Shown piece by piece: positions 42,808 through 54,404 of a stretch of DNA of 64,000 nt. The notes under the pieces were generated by a model. That model saw only the letters and a list, made by a program, of their open reading frames with translations. It had not been told where the DNA came from and did not search any database. Source of the DNA: an uncultured cyanobacterium (lineage in GTDB: Bacteria; Cyanobacteriota; Cyanobacteriia; Cyanobacteriales; Cyanobacteriaceae). The DNA is taken from the NCBI GenBank assembly GCA_963710605.1, contig CAVQBA010000004.1, positions 1,088,001-1,152,000 on the forward strand. Direction: 5' to 3'. The translations under genes were made by a program, and so were the position numbers. Numbering within the stretch: the stretch's first letter is position 1; every line of letters begins with the position of its first letter.

Positions 42808-44063
42808 TTGAGTCGTAGCTATTTATTTACCTCAGAATCAGTAACTGAAGGACATCCAGACAAAATCTGTGATCAAATTTCAGATACTATTCTCGACGCT
42901 TTATTAACCGAAGACTCCACTAGTAGAGTGGCGGCGGAAGTAGTTGTAAATACTGGTTTAGTGTTGATTACGGGGGAAATATCATCAAAAGCCAAGATTA
43001 ATTATATTGATTTAGCGAGAAAAAAAATCGCTGATATTGGTTACACTGATAGTGGTAATGGTTTTTCTGCCGCTAGTTGCTCAGTATTAGTTGCATTAGA
43101 TGAACAATCACCAGATATCGCCCAAGGTGTAGATCAAGCCAAAGAACAAAGAGATTTACTTAGCGAAGATGAATTAGACGCTATTGGGGCAGGAGACCAA
43201 GGTATTATGTTTGGTTTTGCCTGTAATGAGACACCTGAACTAATGCCTTTACCGATTAGTTTGGCTCATCGCTTGTCTCGCCGTTTGAGTGCGGTGAGAA
43301 AATCAGGAGAATTACCTTATTTAGGGCCAGATGGTAAAACTCAAGTAACGATCGCTTATGAAGATGATCAACCTGTAGGTATTGATACGATTTTGATTTC
43401 AACACAACATAGCGAAACGATCGGGGATATTACTGATAACGAGCAAATACAAGCTCTACTCAAAGAAAAAATCCAAGAGTTAGTGATTGATAATGTTTTT
43501 CAAGACGAACCAATTAAACCAACACAAAAAACTCGTTTTTTATTAAATCCTACAGGTAAATTTGTTATTGGTGGGCTCAAGGAGATTCTGGTTTAACTGG
43601 ACGCAAAATAATTATCGATACCTATGGCGGTTATTCTCGTCATGGTGGTGGTGCATTCTCGGGCAAAGATCCCACTAAAGTCGATCGTAGTGGCTCTTAT
43701 GCCTGTCGTTATGTAGCTAAAAATATAGTTGCCGCTGGTTTAGCGACTAAATGTGAAGTACAGCTTAGTTATGCTATTGGTGTTGCTCAGCCTGTAAGTA
43801 TTTTGATTGAAACATTTGGTACTGCAACTATTAGTGAAGATAATTTACTTAATTTAGTTAAAAATAATTTTGATTTACGTCCTGCCGGTATTATTCAAAT
43901 GCTTGGATTATCATCTTTACCTGCTCAACGAAATGGACGTTTTTATCAGGATGTTGCCGCTTACGGACATTTTGGTAGAACTGATTTAGACTTGCCTTGG
44001 GAACGTACAGATAAGGTTGATTTACTTAAAAATGAGGCTCAACAAACTTTAGCGACTGTTTAA
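42808..44063 (+). CDS. metK: S-adenosylmethionine synthetase (one-base deletion near 43577, likely error)
   Basis: [19 protein letters not shown](P)[10 protein letters not shown] split across frames, AYGHFGR. Confidence 0.95.
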
Positions 44064-44504
44064 GTGTAAAAGTTATTAATAATTTTGGATGTGCTTTTGA
44101 GAACAAAAAAAAGAAGCGATTGTCACTTTAAAAATTTAATTTATAGTGATTAACTATAACTACTCTTACAGCTTATAGCTTATAGCTTATAGCAAGAGTG
44201 GTTATAAGGTAAAAAAGTGAGAAAATTTTCCTTACTTAAATTATAGGCTTGTAGTAAGGGCTTTAGCCCTTGTATTCATGAATTATGAGAGTGCTTTTTC
44301 TATTTTAGTCAACTATCGTACTTAACCCGCCTTGAACTATCGTGCAAGGCTAATAGAATTCGTTCATTGTCATGAACTTTTAAATACAACTTAAAAGTTT
44401 GATTTATTATGGTTATTTCAATTGAGTTATAAATCAAAGTAAAATATAGTAGTAAAAGAGTTGTTTTGAACATTTGAATGCAGTTTCCCCTCCTTTGAAG
44501 GAGG

Positions 44505-44548
44505 AGGGGCTGTCATCTGAATTTATTTCAGATGCTTGTAAGCCCCGT
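44505..44548. repeat. ~44-bp hairpin repeat, copy 2, inserted in a REP-like palindrome
   Basis: Interrupts cccctcctttgaaggagg|gggttaggggtggt. Confidence 0.7.
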
Positions 44549-44573
44549 GGGTTAGGGGTGGTAGAGGATATGT

Positions 44574-46710
44574 TCACCGTTCGATCGTTAAACCCCATCC
44601 ACGTAATACTTCCGCTACGCTCCAAGCCTGAGCAAAACAACCTCTGGGAATAAAAGGAGTATCTCCATCAAAAATTTCGCTAATACTTCCAATACAACCA
44701 TCTGTTAAATGATTCTCGATCGGTAAAAGAAAACTACGAGCTAACTCAGGATTTTTATATACTTGTAAATGAGCTTGAACAAAATGACCGATTAACCAAC
44801 TCCAAGTAGTACCTTGGTGATAACTGACATCCCGTTGTAATCGATTTCCGCCATAAATTCCGATATAGTTAGGATTATCGACATCAAGCGATCGCAATCC
44901 ATAAGAAGTTAATAATTTTTGTCCGACTCGATCGACGATCGTTTTCTGTTGTAATGGTTCTAAAAGCGAATCATATTTATCTAAATTCAAGCAAGGTAAA
45001 GAAACAGCAAAAATTTGATTGGGACGAAAACTAGAGTCATTACCATCAGGAGAATCAATTACATCGTAGCAGTAACCCCCTGCTTGATACCAAAACCGAG
45101 AGAAATTCGATCGTGTTTTATTTGCCATTTGCTGATATTTAGTTGCAGACTTACCTAAAACATCGGCAAAATATTGCATACAAACTAAAGCATTGTACCA
45201 AAGTGCATTAATTTCTACAGGTTTACCAATACGAGGTGTAACTACCAAATCTCCAACTTTGGCATCCATCCAAGTCAATTGTACTCCTTCAACACCTGCA
45301 TAAAGTAAACCATCATCATCAATCTGAATGTTATAACGAGTACCTTTAATGTGATGATTAATAATATCGGCTAATAAAGGAAATAATTCGGTAAGAAATT
45401 CTTTATCTTCAGTGGCAACGTAGTAGCTTCGGATTGCTTCAAAATACCAAAGAGTCGCATCTACAGTATTATATTCTGGTACTTCACCTACATCGGGAAA
45501 TACATTGGGTAACATTCCCTTATCTAGATATTTGAGCAAAAGTAGAAAGTATTGTTTTAGCAAGATCGTAACGTCCACAAGATATAGTTAATCCTGGTAA
45601 ACTAATCATCGTATCTCTACCCCAATCGGTAAACCAAGGATAACCTGCAACGATCGTTTTACCTTCAGGGTTACCGGTTAAGGGACGATCGACAATAAAT
45701 TGGTCGGCGGCTAAAACCAAATGTTCGAGCCAGTTAGGTAGATTTGAAAGTTGATTGGTAGTACGAAAAAGATTAATTAATTCTTGCTCTTTTGCTCTTT
45801 TTTTCTCTTGGCTTTTTTCCCCTATCGTTTTTCTTCCCCAACATTTACGAAATTCACTCCCACTCCACCGATCTAAAGTACTAGCAATGATGGTTAAAGA
45901 ATCTCCAGGCTGTAAAATACAATTTCCCGTTGCCGCCAGTAAATTATCTTCAACAGCATTCAAACCCCGATATTCTTCTACTGCTAAAGCAAAATTTCGA
46001 TACCAAGTATTATTGATTTCCCAATTAAAATTATTACCAAACCATTTTGGCGTAATTGCCGAGAGATATAAATCTTTAGCGTCAAGAAAAGCCTTAATTC
46101 TTAAACTATAAATGCCTCCCCCATCTAATTTCTCTTGAGAGGAGAGGGAATCTATTGTTTCTGGTGGGCGAAGAGGAATTGCCGTAGAATCAATAGTATA
46201 TTTTTCCTGTATATTGTTTAGATCGTTACTACCGTGGTGATTGCGATAATTAACTAATGCTTTAAGGGATAAAGTTAAAGGCTGACTACCTCGCTTAAAG
46301 TAATAACGAATATAAGTTGTGTTTTCTCCCTGTTGCATCCAAATACGTTTTTCTAACAGCCCATCAGCAAAGGCAAAATTCCAAACTGGAGTCGTTCCTT
46401 CTAAATGAAAACTTTCTATATTTAGGTATCCTTGAGGTGCGATCGTACCATCAGCCCAATGGTTGGTATAGAGATCGTAATTTTGACCGTCGTAATTAAC
46501 AATCTCATCAAGTTTGGTTAAGAGTAAAGTTCTGGCTACAGGAGGCTCTAATGCACCAATCAGTAAGCCGTGATAGCATCTTGTTAATACACCTGCGATC
46601 GTCCCCGAAGCATAACCACCAATACCATTGGTAACTAACCATTCACGCGATCGAGCTACATCAAAGTTACTACATACTTCTCGTCCAAACTTGAGATTTG
46701 TTGTTTGCAT
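44574..46710 (-). CDS. Amylo-alpha-1,6-glucosidase / glycogen debranching enzyme (frameshift near 45534)
   Basis: EWLVTNGIGGY, AGYPWFTDWGRD, TWMDAK, YHQG, QAWS. Confidence 0.88.
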
Positions 46711-47027
46711 TTTATCATCGAATCGATCGTTGTCAGTTAAAATTATAGCAACACAAAAATAATTGGTTAAGACGTATTTTCTCTGTGTACAACCCCTCGT
46801 GTTTCTCCCCTTATAAAGAGGAGACTTTAATCGATAAATGCGGAAGTAATTGCCTTACTGCTATATTATTACAAACCAAAGAAAACTTGCAACAGTTTAT
46901 GTTAATAAGTCCCCCACTCTCCTACCCCCCTTTTGTAAGGGGGGACTAAGGGAGGATCAAGAAGATGCAAAATAGGCAGAGGGGTCGGGGATTTAGGGGG
47001 ATCTAAATTTAGGGTACTTTTTTAGTC

Positions 47028-48440
47028 TTAATTAACTACAGACAATTCTCTAATATCAGATACCTTACCGTTAATTGCCGCCGCAACCACCATAGCAGGA
47101 CTCATCAATAAAGTACGCCCTTGTGCTGAGCCTTGACGACCTTTAAAGTTACGATTAGAAGAAGATGCACTAATTTGGCTTCCTTGTAACTTATCAGGAT
47201 TCATCGCCAAACACATAGAACAACCAGGCTCTCGCCATTCGAAACCTGCTTCGGTAAAGATGTGATGTAAACCTTCTGCTTCGGCTTGTTTTTTCACTCT
47301 TTCTGAACCCGGCACGATAAAAGCCTTGACATTTTGAGCAACTTGATGTCCTTTAGCAAACTTTGCCGCTTCTCTCAAATCGCTGATTCTGCCATTAGTA
47401 CAACTACCAACAAAGCAAACATCGATCGGTATATCTTTAATTTGAGCACCGGGAGTTAATTGCATATATTCAAAAGCTTGAACGGCAATTTGTTTATCAT
47501 TTTCAGCTAATTTGTCGATAACGGGTAAAGATTCGTTGATACCGATACCTTGTTCTGGTGTAATACCCCATGTAATAGTAGGTTCAATGTCACTGGCATT
47601 GAATGTAACAACATCATCATATTCAGCGGACTCATCGCTACGAATACTTTGCCACCAAGTTACGGCTTTATCCCATGCTTCGCCTTGAGGAGCAAAATCT
47701 CTTCCTTTGAGGTAATCATAAGTGATTTGGTCTGGATTGATATAACCGCATCTTGCCCCACCTTCGATCGACATATTACAAACGGTCATTCTTTCTTCCA
47801 TACTCATCTTGTCAAAGGTTGTACCGCTATATTCATAAGCGTAACCAACACCACCTTTGACTCCTAATTTTCTGATGATATGTAAAATGACATCTTTAGC
47901 ATAAACACCCTCAGGTAAATCGCCATTAACTTCAATTTTTCTGACTTTCAATTTAGCTAAAGAGAGAGTTTGTGAGACTAATACATCTCTTACTTGAGAA
48001 GTACCAATACCAAAAGCGATCGCTCCAAATGCACCATGAGTGGAGGTATGGGAGTCACCACAAGCGATCGTCATCCCCGGTTGAGTTAAACCTTGTTCGG
48101 GGGCAATTACATGGACAATACCTTGATTACCTGAATTGGTATTATAAAATTTGATGCCGTATTCTTGGGTATTATTTTCTAATGCTTGCATCATCTCTTC
48201 TGCTAATGTATCGGCAAAAGGACGAGATTGATCTTCTGTCGGAACGATATGATCTACTGTAGCTACTGTACGTTGAGGATATAATACTTCTAATTTTCGT
48301 TCCCGAATCATCGCAAATGCTTGAGGGCTGGTGACTTCGTGAATCAAATGTAATCCGATAAAAAGTTGAGTTTGTCCTGAAGGTAATGTACCTACTGTAT
48401 GCAAATCCCAGACTTTATCGAATAGTGTTCCTTTACTCAT
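47028..48440 (-). CDS. leuC: 3-isopropylmalate dehydratase large subunit
   Basis: [38 protein letters not shown]. Confidence 0.97.
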   Translation of the reverse strand: MSKGTLFDKVWDLHTVGTLPSGQTQLFIGLHLIHEVTSPQAFAMIRERKLEVLYPQRTVATVDHIVPTEDQSRPFADTLAEEMMQALENNTQEYGIKFYNTNSGNQGIVHVIAPEQGLTQPGMTIACGDSHTSTHGAFGAIAFGIGTSQVRDVLVSQTLSLAKLKVRKIEVNGDLPEGVYAKDVILHIIRKLGVKGGVGYAYEYSGTTFDKMSMEERMTVCNMSIEGGARCGYINPDQITYDYLKGRDFAPQGEAWDKAVTWWQSIRSDESAEYDDVVTFNASDIEPTITWGITPEQGIGINESLPVIDKLAENDKQIAVQAFEYMQLTPGAQIKDIPIDVCFVGSCTNGRISDLREAAKFAKGHQVAQNVKAFIVPGSERVKKQAEAEGLHHIFTEAGFEWREPGCSMCLAMNPDKLQGSQISASSSNRNFKGRQGSAQGRTLLMSPAMVVAAAINGKVSDIRELSVVN

Positions 48441-48629
48441 ATTATTTCAACTTTAAAAATATAATCTATTATCTCTATCGATCGAGCGATCTTTATTATC
48501 TGTTAGAAACGATGATTTAACCAATTATAATAACAAATTATTAACAATTGACGACGGATATTTAATAGTTGATAATTATTTTTCTTTTAGAATATTTAAA
48601 GCGATAATTTGTCAACATATATTTTTAAA

Positions 48630-48860
48630 ATGCCAAACAACAAGTGGAAATTAGAAGGATACGATACCTTCGATCGTGAATCTTATCCTCTCGTAGGTGA
48701 ATTTGAGACAGAAGCAGATGCAATTACGGCGGCTAAGTCTCGTTTAGCTGATTTAGAGCAAACACAACCATCTTCGTCTAGCGGTGGTCAACAAGATGGA
48801 ATTCAAGATCGAGTTTATGTTATTCGACGAGATCAAACAAGATTTAGAGTTATGCCCTAA
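48630..48860 (+). CDS. Small hypothetical protein (cassette cargo)
   Basis: 77-codon ORF; WKLEGYDTFD, GIQDRVY. Confidence 0.6.
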   Translation: MPNNKWKLEGYDTFDRESYPLVGEFETEADAITAAKSRLADLEQTQPSSSSGGQQDGIQDRVYVIRRDQTRFRVMP

Positions 48861-48924
48861 CTCTGAGGAAAATAAAAATGATAGTAATCAACGACATACA
48901 GTTAGCTAACTTATTGTCTAAAAA

Positions 48925-49428
48925 ATGAGCGTCCTTAGTGATATTCAAAAATGGTATGCTTCAAATTGCGACGGTGAATGGGAACACAGTTACGGTATTT
49001 CGATCGATACTCTTGATAATCCAGGTTGGTCTATTACGGTTAATCTTAAAGATACAAATTTGGAAGACAAAAATTTTGAGCCTTTTAAGAACAGGGTTTC
49101 CGAAGATAGATGGATTTCTTGTTTAGTAAAAGACAATAAGTTTAGGGGTGCAGGAGACGAAACGAAACTTGAGGAAATTTTAAAAGTATTTTTAGATTGG
49201 GCAAAAAACATTAACGAAGATTGGTTAAAATCATCGACTCAGCTTTGTGAGGAAGAATTACAATTTTTAGAAGATGCAGAATTTATAAATTTACTTGGCG
49301 AAGAGATTGGTACGGAGCTTTGTAAAAGTGAAGGTTGTATACGTAAACGAATAGAGAATAGTGTAATGTGTCGCCGTCATCATTTTGAAATGGTTAAGGA
49401 GCGTTCATTTCCCGATAGTATCAGCTAA
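48925..49428 (+). CDS. Immunity protein 53 (Imm53)-like with C-terminal Cys/His extension
   Basis: WYASNCDGEWEHSYGISIDTLDNPGW signature. Confidence 0.8.
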   Translation: MSVLSDIQKWYASNCDGEWEHSYGISIDTLDNPGWSITVNLKDTNLEDKNFEPFKNRVSEDRWISCLVKDNKFRGAGDETKLEEILKVFLDWAKNINEDWLKSSTQLCEEELQFLEDAEFINLLGEEIGTELCKSEGCIRKRIENSVMCRRHHFEMVKERSFPDSIS

Positions 49429-49513
49429 CAAGTTAATAGAGGGACTAACAAAACAGCTACTTTGTCAATTTTTAAGATTTACTATGAATGCTTACCTCAA
49501 CTATTATTTATTA

Positions 49514-49616
49514 GTAATTCATTAACTTTTCAACGATCGACCACACTTTAATTAAATGACTTTGTTGCAAACCATTAATCCTCTATAAATATTTAAACTC
49601 TACAACAATCAATCGC
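49514..49616 (-). repeat. Decayed copy A of the glycosyltransferase 3' end
   Basis: acgatcgaccacactttaattaaatgac...aaatatttaaactctac aligns to about 58035-58139. Confidence 0.8.
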
Positions 49617-49741
49617 TCCAATTATATTGACAAAATGTTAGTTATAAAGAGAAGAAGACGGGGTAAATATAATCCAACAAGTGAGATAAAATTAAGCATA
49701 ATGTAAATAAGTATATATCGAACAAATGTCGATCTAGATTC

Positions 49742-50848
49742 ATGAGAGTTGTTCTTACTCAATTTTGCGGTCAAAGAATTTTAAGGTACTGTATTTTGAT
49801 TCGTATAGAAGCTAGTAATGTTTGTACTCAAATTTGGACATTATCTACTTTCGATCCTTACAGAGAAATCTATATTTGGCTGGGAAAAATTCGGGATTCT
49901 CAGCTACCTGCAAGAATGATAATTGATGAGGAAGGTAGAGGAGTAGAACTTTTTGCCGAGAGAATAAACAGTGAATTAGTCAACTTTTATATAAAGCCAT
50001 GGGCTTCTAATAATAACGATCGGACACATCTGAATACTACGCTTAAAAGCGATGAATTAGTAAGTGCTTTTTGCAACGGAATTCTTGAGTTTCTAGGAAA
50101 TAATTACTGTTTACCAGAGTGGTCTAATATTGATAATCTTAGCAACTTGAACTGGAGAGCATTACTTCAGCCTAGAAATCATGCCGATCGCAAATGGGAA
50201 ACACGACTGGCTATTTATCAAGGAAAATATCGTAAAATTCCGAATTCTGAGCGTAAATGTCTGGAGAAATCTTTAACGATAGATCGGCAATGGCTAATTG
50301 TTCTATACTATGCTCTTGAGAAAGTTGCTTTGCTTGGATGTTCTGGGCAGACATACGAATCCTATGGATTTATGAGCCTTTATCAAAATCTTCTTGTGGA
50401 TCTTATTTTAAACGAAATAGATTCAGATTGGTACGAAGAACGAGAGACGGAAATTGAACAAGGGTTTACAGATCTTGTTAAAATATTTAATCGTAGTCGA
50501 AATCCTGAACGCATACGTCTTGAAATTCAGGCTAGGTTATCAACTTTAAAGTTAGGTCAACTTGTTGATGGTAGAGTTTGTCAAATAAAGCCATACGGTG
50601 TATTTGTTGATATCGGAGGACTCCGTGCATTGTTAAGTACCTCTACAATTTCTCAATTGCCGATCGAATCGCCAGATCTGGTTTTTCAAAATGGTGACTG
50701 GGTTAGAGCAATAATTGTATGGATGGATATTGAAAAAAGAAGAGTATTACTTTCAACAAGTGATTTAGAGCCAGAACAAGGTGATATGTTGTGCAATCCC
50801 TTACACGTTTATCAAAGAGCAGAAGAAATGGCAAATAGATATAATTAA
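49742..50848 (+). CDS. Unknown N-terminal domain fused to an S1 RNA-binding domain
   Basis: C-terminal GRVCQIKPYGVFVDIGG...LSTSDLEPEQGDM...AEEMA resembles the last S1 repeat of cyanobacterial ribosomal protein S1. Confidence 0.75.
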   Translation: MRVVLTQFCGQRILRYCILIRIEASNVCTQIWTLSTFDPYREIYIWLGKIRDSQLPARMIIDEEGRGVELFAERINSELVNFYIKPWASNNNDRTHLNTTLKSDELVSAFCNGILEFLGNNYCLPEWSNIDNLSNLNWRALLQPRNHADRKWETRLAIYQGKYRKIPNSERKCLEKSLTIDRQWLIVLYYALEKVALLGCSGQTYESYGFMSLYQNLLVDLILNEIDSDWYEERETEIEQGFTDLVKIFNRSRNPERIRLEIQARLSTLKLGQLVDGRVCQIKPYGVFVDIGGLRALLSTSTISQLPIESPDLVFQNGDWVRAIIVWMDIEKRRVLLSTSDLEPEQGDMLCNPLHVYQRAEEMANRYN

Positions 50849-50958
50849 AATGTACTATCAAGGTTATCAAACAAATAAAGTACGATCGAGTTAAAAACAT
50901 TTGTTGGAAAGTAGTTACAATAAATAAAGTATGTTTTGATAATTTGAGTGAGGTAAGC

Positions 50959-51177
50959 ATGAGTGAGTTACTAGAACGTGCAATTGCTAAGTTGCAAAAC
51001 TTGCCTGAAAGTGAGCAGAACGCCATCGCTTCGATCGTTCTGGAGGAAATTGAAGATGAACGGCGTTGGGATGAGTCATTTTCCAGTTCCCCTGATATTC
51101 TTGCTAAACTCGCCGCTTCGGCAATGGTTGAATATCACGCTGGTGAAACCCAAGAACTTGACTCAGAAAAACTGTGA
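50959..51177 (+). CDS. Putative antitoxin
   Basis: GAGG RBS; acidic; GTGA overlap with the toxin. Confidence 0.7.
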   Translation: MSELLERAIAKLQNLPESEQNAIASIVLEEIEDERRWDESFSSSPDILAKLAASAMVEYHAGETQELDSEKL

Positions 51178-51443
51178 ACTCACGTACTACTGCCCAATTT
51201 CGTAAATTGTTTGCTGATTTACCCAAACAAGCTCAACAGCAAGCCCGTACCGCTTATAGTCAGTTCCAGAAAGATCCTAGCTATCCAAGCCTGCGTTTTA
51301 AAAAAGTTCATCCAGAACTTCCAATCTTTTCTGCTCGCATTAGTAAAAATTACCGAGCGGTTGGTCAGTTAGAGGTAGATACAATGATTTGGTTTTGGAT
51401 TGGTTCGCACGCTGAATACGACAGTTTGTTAAAGCAAATGTAG
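51174..51443 (+). CDS. ParE/RelE-like toxin
   Basis: YPSLRFKKV, SARISKNYRA, WFWIGSHAEY. Confidence 0.8.
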   Translation: MNSRTTAQFRKLFADLPKQAQQQARTAYSQFQKDPSYPSLRFKKVHPELPIFSARISKNYRAVGQLEVDTMIWFWIGSHAEYDSLLKQM

Positions 51444-51459
51444 AAATCCAGCATCATAA

Positions 51460-51697
51460 TTAATTATTCATTAACTTCTGACCGATCGACCATACTTTAA
51501 CCAAATGACCTTGTAACAAAGCCTAATACCCGCAAATATTTAAACCCTACGATATCTGAATCGAGTTTTAAGGTAGTTTGTAAAGCTTTTTCACCTTTTT
51601 CGCTCAAACCAATCATAAAGATCAAGAAAGCTCAAATAAGCGTGATTATAGGCATTGTTTGGATATAAACTAACTAGTTTTTTAGCAGTAGCGATCG
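51460..51697 (-). repeat. Copy B of the glycosyltransferase 3' end (~240 bp) ending at CGATCG
   Basis: Aligns to about 58034-58272 with small indels; ends at CGATCG 51692-51697, matching CGATCG 58267-58272. Confidence 0.92.
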
Positions 51698-51754
51698 ATC
51701 GATTTTTTGTTGTCTAGTCAAGTAAATTTATCAATACATATTTTTAGGATAGTT

Positions 51755-52897
51755 TTAAGCGTCTTGGTCAGTAGGTTTTGGTAGATCGAAGTAAAAAGTA
51801 CTACCTCGACCCAAATCCGACTCAACACCAAGTTTTCCATCATGTTGTTCGACAATTCGCTGACATAATGCTAACCCGATACCGCTACCTTCGGCTCGTT
51901 GTTCGCCCCCTCGGACAAATAGTTGAAAAATTTTCTCTTGCTCTTCAGGCAAAATACCAGGGCCATTATCTGTAAGCCGAACTAGATAGCGATCGTTTTT
52001 TAATTCACAATAAACCATAACAACAGGCGTTGACGTTTGATTATGAACGATGGCGTTTTTAATCAAATTACTCACCAGATTTTCTAATAGTTTAGCATTA
52101 CCTTTTACTATAGGAAGGTTACTCCAATCGATCGAGGCTTGATGGGTATCGATCGTATTTTGCAATCCATTTACCGCTTGCTCGACGACAAGATTCAGAT
52201 CGACAGGTTCAAATTTAAGATTGCGTCGGGATTTAAGTTTGCCATATTCTAATAAGGCGTTTAGCGTTTGGTTCATTTTACGAGAAGTCTGCAAGCCCAT
52301 TTGCACGATTTTTTGGTTACGGCTTTCTAGTTCGCTTTCTTGGAGTAAATCTAAACTAACTGTGACCACGTTAAGCGGGTTACGTAGTTCGTGAGCCACC
52401 GTATGGCTAAAATTTTCTAGCTCTCGATTGCTTTCGTGAAGCCTTTCGAGTGTATCTCGCAGTTGAAACTGACGCTGACGATTGCTCAAACAAACTTGTA
52501 CGATGGAAGTAAATTCATGACGCTGGAGCGGTGTTTCTAACAGGGTGACGCCGCGTTGATGTCGGGCAGATTGTAACATCGTCATACAGGTAGAAAAATG
52601 GCGACAATTTTTGAGTAAAAAAATTAGAGGAATATCAGACCAATCAGGCTGTTTGTTCAAGCACTCCGCTAGTCGATCGAAATTATTGTCGATCGCAAGC
52701 ACTTCTTCGGTAATAATTACCAAGCTGACTTCTGCACGAATAGCAGTTATTACCGTCTCGATCGAATCCGTAGCCATACAGTCTATTTCTTCAATTTCAA
52801 GCAGTTGTCTTACCGCCTTAGCATTGTGAGCCAACTTAGTTGAAATCACAACAGTATCCGCAGAAAGTTGGGAAGAATCGTTAAATTTAGAGATCAT
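51755..52897 (-). CDS. Sensor histidine kinase with a degenerate receiver-like N-terminus
   Basis: AHELRNPL H-box, NLIKNA, DNGPG, GIGL; QPDWSDIPLI. Confidence 0.88.
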   Translation of the reverse strand: MISKFNDSSQLSADTVVISTKLAHNAKAVRQLLEIEEIDCMATDSIETVITAIRAEVSLVIITEEVLAIDNNFDRLAECLNKQPDWSDIPLIFLLKNCRHFSTCMTMLQSARHQRGVTLLETPLQRHEFTSIVQVCLSNRQRQFQLRDTLERLHESNRELENFSHTVAHELRNPLNVVTVSLDLLQESELESRNQKIVQMGLQTSRKMNQTLNALLEYGKLKSRRNLKFEPVDLNLVVEQAVNGLQNTIDTHQASIDWSNLPIVKGNAKLLENLVSNLIKNAIVHNQTSTPVVMVYCELKNDRYLVRLTDNGPGILPEEQEKIFQLFVRGGEQRAEGSGIGLALCQRIVEQHDGKLGVESDLGRGSTFYFDLPKPTDQDA

Positions 52898-54404
52898 TTT
52901 CTATCAATTTTGTCGGTTCGCCAATATATTTAGGAATACCAGAAAGTATGCCCGAAAATTGTTCGAGGGGATCGCCAATATGGATGCCATTCGCATCGAA
53001 CCTAATTTCGCGAATCCCCTTTTCGTGAGCACCGTAGCGTTTTTTGTACACCCCGATCGCTTTATGTATAGCTCCTTTAGCTTCAAAATGCCGTAGTAAC
53101 AATACAGAATCAGCTAAGTAACTAATATCAACACTCCCCTCTAATCGATCGCCAATCACCCCGTGTTGTGCCACCACTAACAGAGTCAAGACATTTTGCC
53201 GATTGAGCATAATTAACAGATCGTGCATTAGGGTGACGAGCTTTTCGTTGCTTGGCATAGAATTAGCGTAGCCCGTCAAGCTATCAATTAAAACAATCTT
53301 AGCTCCCCATTCTTTTACATCCTCATTGATTTGAGCCCTAAATTTACCTGGGTTGCTGTTACTTAAGCCTAATTCACGAATCCGAATTTGGTCTGGATAA
53401 TCCTGCGGATTTAAGCCAATATCAAGTCCTTCAGATCGTTTGAGGAAAGTACTTGCAAGTTCATCAAACAGAAAAACACTAGCTTTTCCACCTTGACTGA
53501 TGAAGTTATGAATAAACAAACTAGCAAGAGTCGTTTTCCCCGTACCAGAAGGCCCAATTAATAAAGATGAAGTTCCCGTAAGTAGATAGCCGCCAATAAG
53601 TTTATCAAAAGAATCGATACCGCTTGACATGGGCTGATAAGATTCTTTATCATCATTAGGAGTCTGAGAAATTAGATGAGGAGCTTGATGCTGAATATGA
53701 TAAATGTTCATACCTTGGCTGGTAATTTCCATATCGTGAATTCCTGACTGAAAATTACTGCCTCGGAGTTTGGATACTTGCAGATACCGGTAATCTTGAC
53801 TGTAAGTAGTCGTCACTCTCGACAGGTTAATTACACCGTGGGCGATGGAAACTAGTTCGCAATCGCCAGGAGCCAGCTTTTGGTCGTCTGTCAACATGAT
53901 GGTGATGTTACGATTGTGCATATAGTCCCGCAGTAATAGTAAATTACGTCGATAAACTAACTTATCATTAGCTAACATCCGTAAATAGGCAATACTGTCA
54001 AATATTACACGTCGGGGCTTTACCGCTTCGATGACTTCTATAAATTGAGTCATTGTTGTTTCTAACTCAAGATCGGAGGTATCGAAAATGGTCTGCTGTT
54101 GTTCTGTTGCTTCTAGTGCTTGTAACTTACCAAATTCTTCAAAAACGATACCATCAGGATCGATACCCACCGAAGTGGCTGTCTGTTTTATGCTTTGTAC
54201 CCTTTGAGATAAGGCAATGCACAATACTTTTTCATCTGCCTCTACTCCCGATCGTAAAAAATGTAATCCCAGAATTGTTTTTCCTGTTCCCGGCTCACCA
54301 TTGACAACATAAATTTCTCCTTCAGGAAGACCGCCACAAATTATGTCATCAAGGGAGGCAATCCCTGTAGAAATTCTTACTAAAGAGCTAGAGGCATCTT
54401 TCAT
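52887..54404 (-). CDS. KaiC-like / RAD55-family double-domain ATPase
   Basis: Two Walker A motifs GEPGTGKT and GPSGTGKT; KLRGS; DISYLAD. Confidence 0.85.
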   Translation of the reverse strand: MKDASSSLVRISTGIASLDDIICGGLPEGEIYVVNGEPGTGKTILGLHFLRSGVEADEKVLCIALSQRVQSIKQTATSVGIDPDGIVFEEFGKLQALEATEQQQTIFDTSDLELETTMTQFIEVIEAVKPRRVIFDSIAYLRMLANDKLVYRRNLLLLRDYMHNRNITIMLTDDQKLAPGDCELVSIAHGVINLSRVTTTYSQDYRYLQVSKLRGSNFQSGIHDMEITSQGMNIYHIQHQAPHLISQTPNDDKESYQPMSSGIDSFDKLIGGYLLTGTSSLLIGPSGTGKTTLASLFIHNFISQGGKASVFLFDELASTFLKRSEGLDIGLNPQDYPDQIRIRELGLSNSNPGKFRAQINEDVKEWGAKIVLIDSLTGYANSMPSNEKLVTLMHDLLIMLNRQNVLTLLVVAQHGVIGDRLEGSVDISYLADSVLLLRHFEAKGAIHKAIGVYKKRYGAHEKGIREIRFDANGIHIGDPLEQFSGILSGIPKYIGEPTKLIENDL

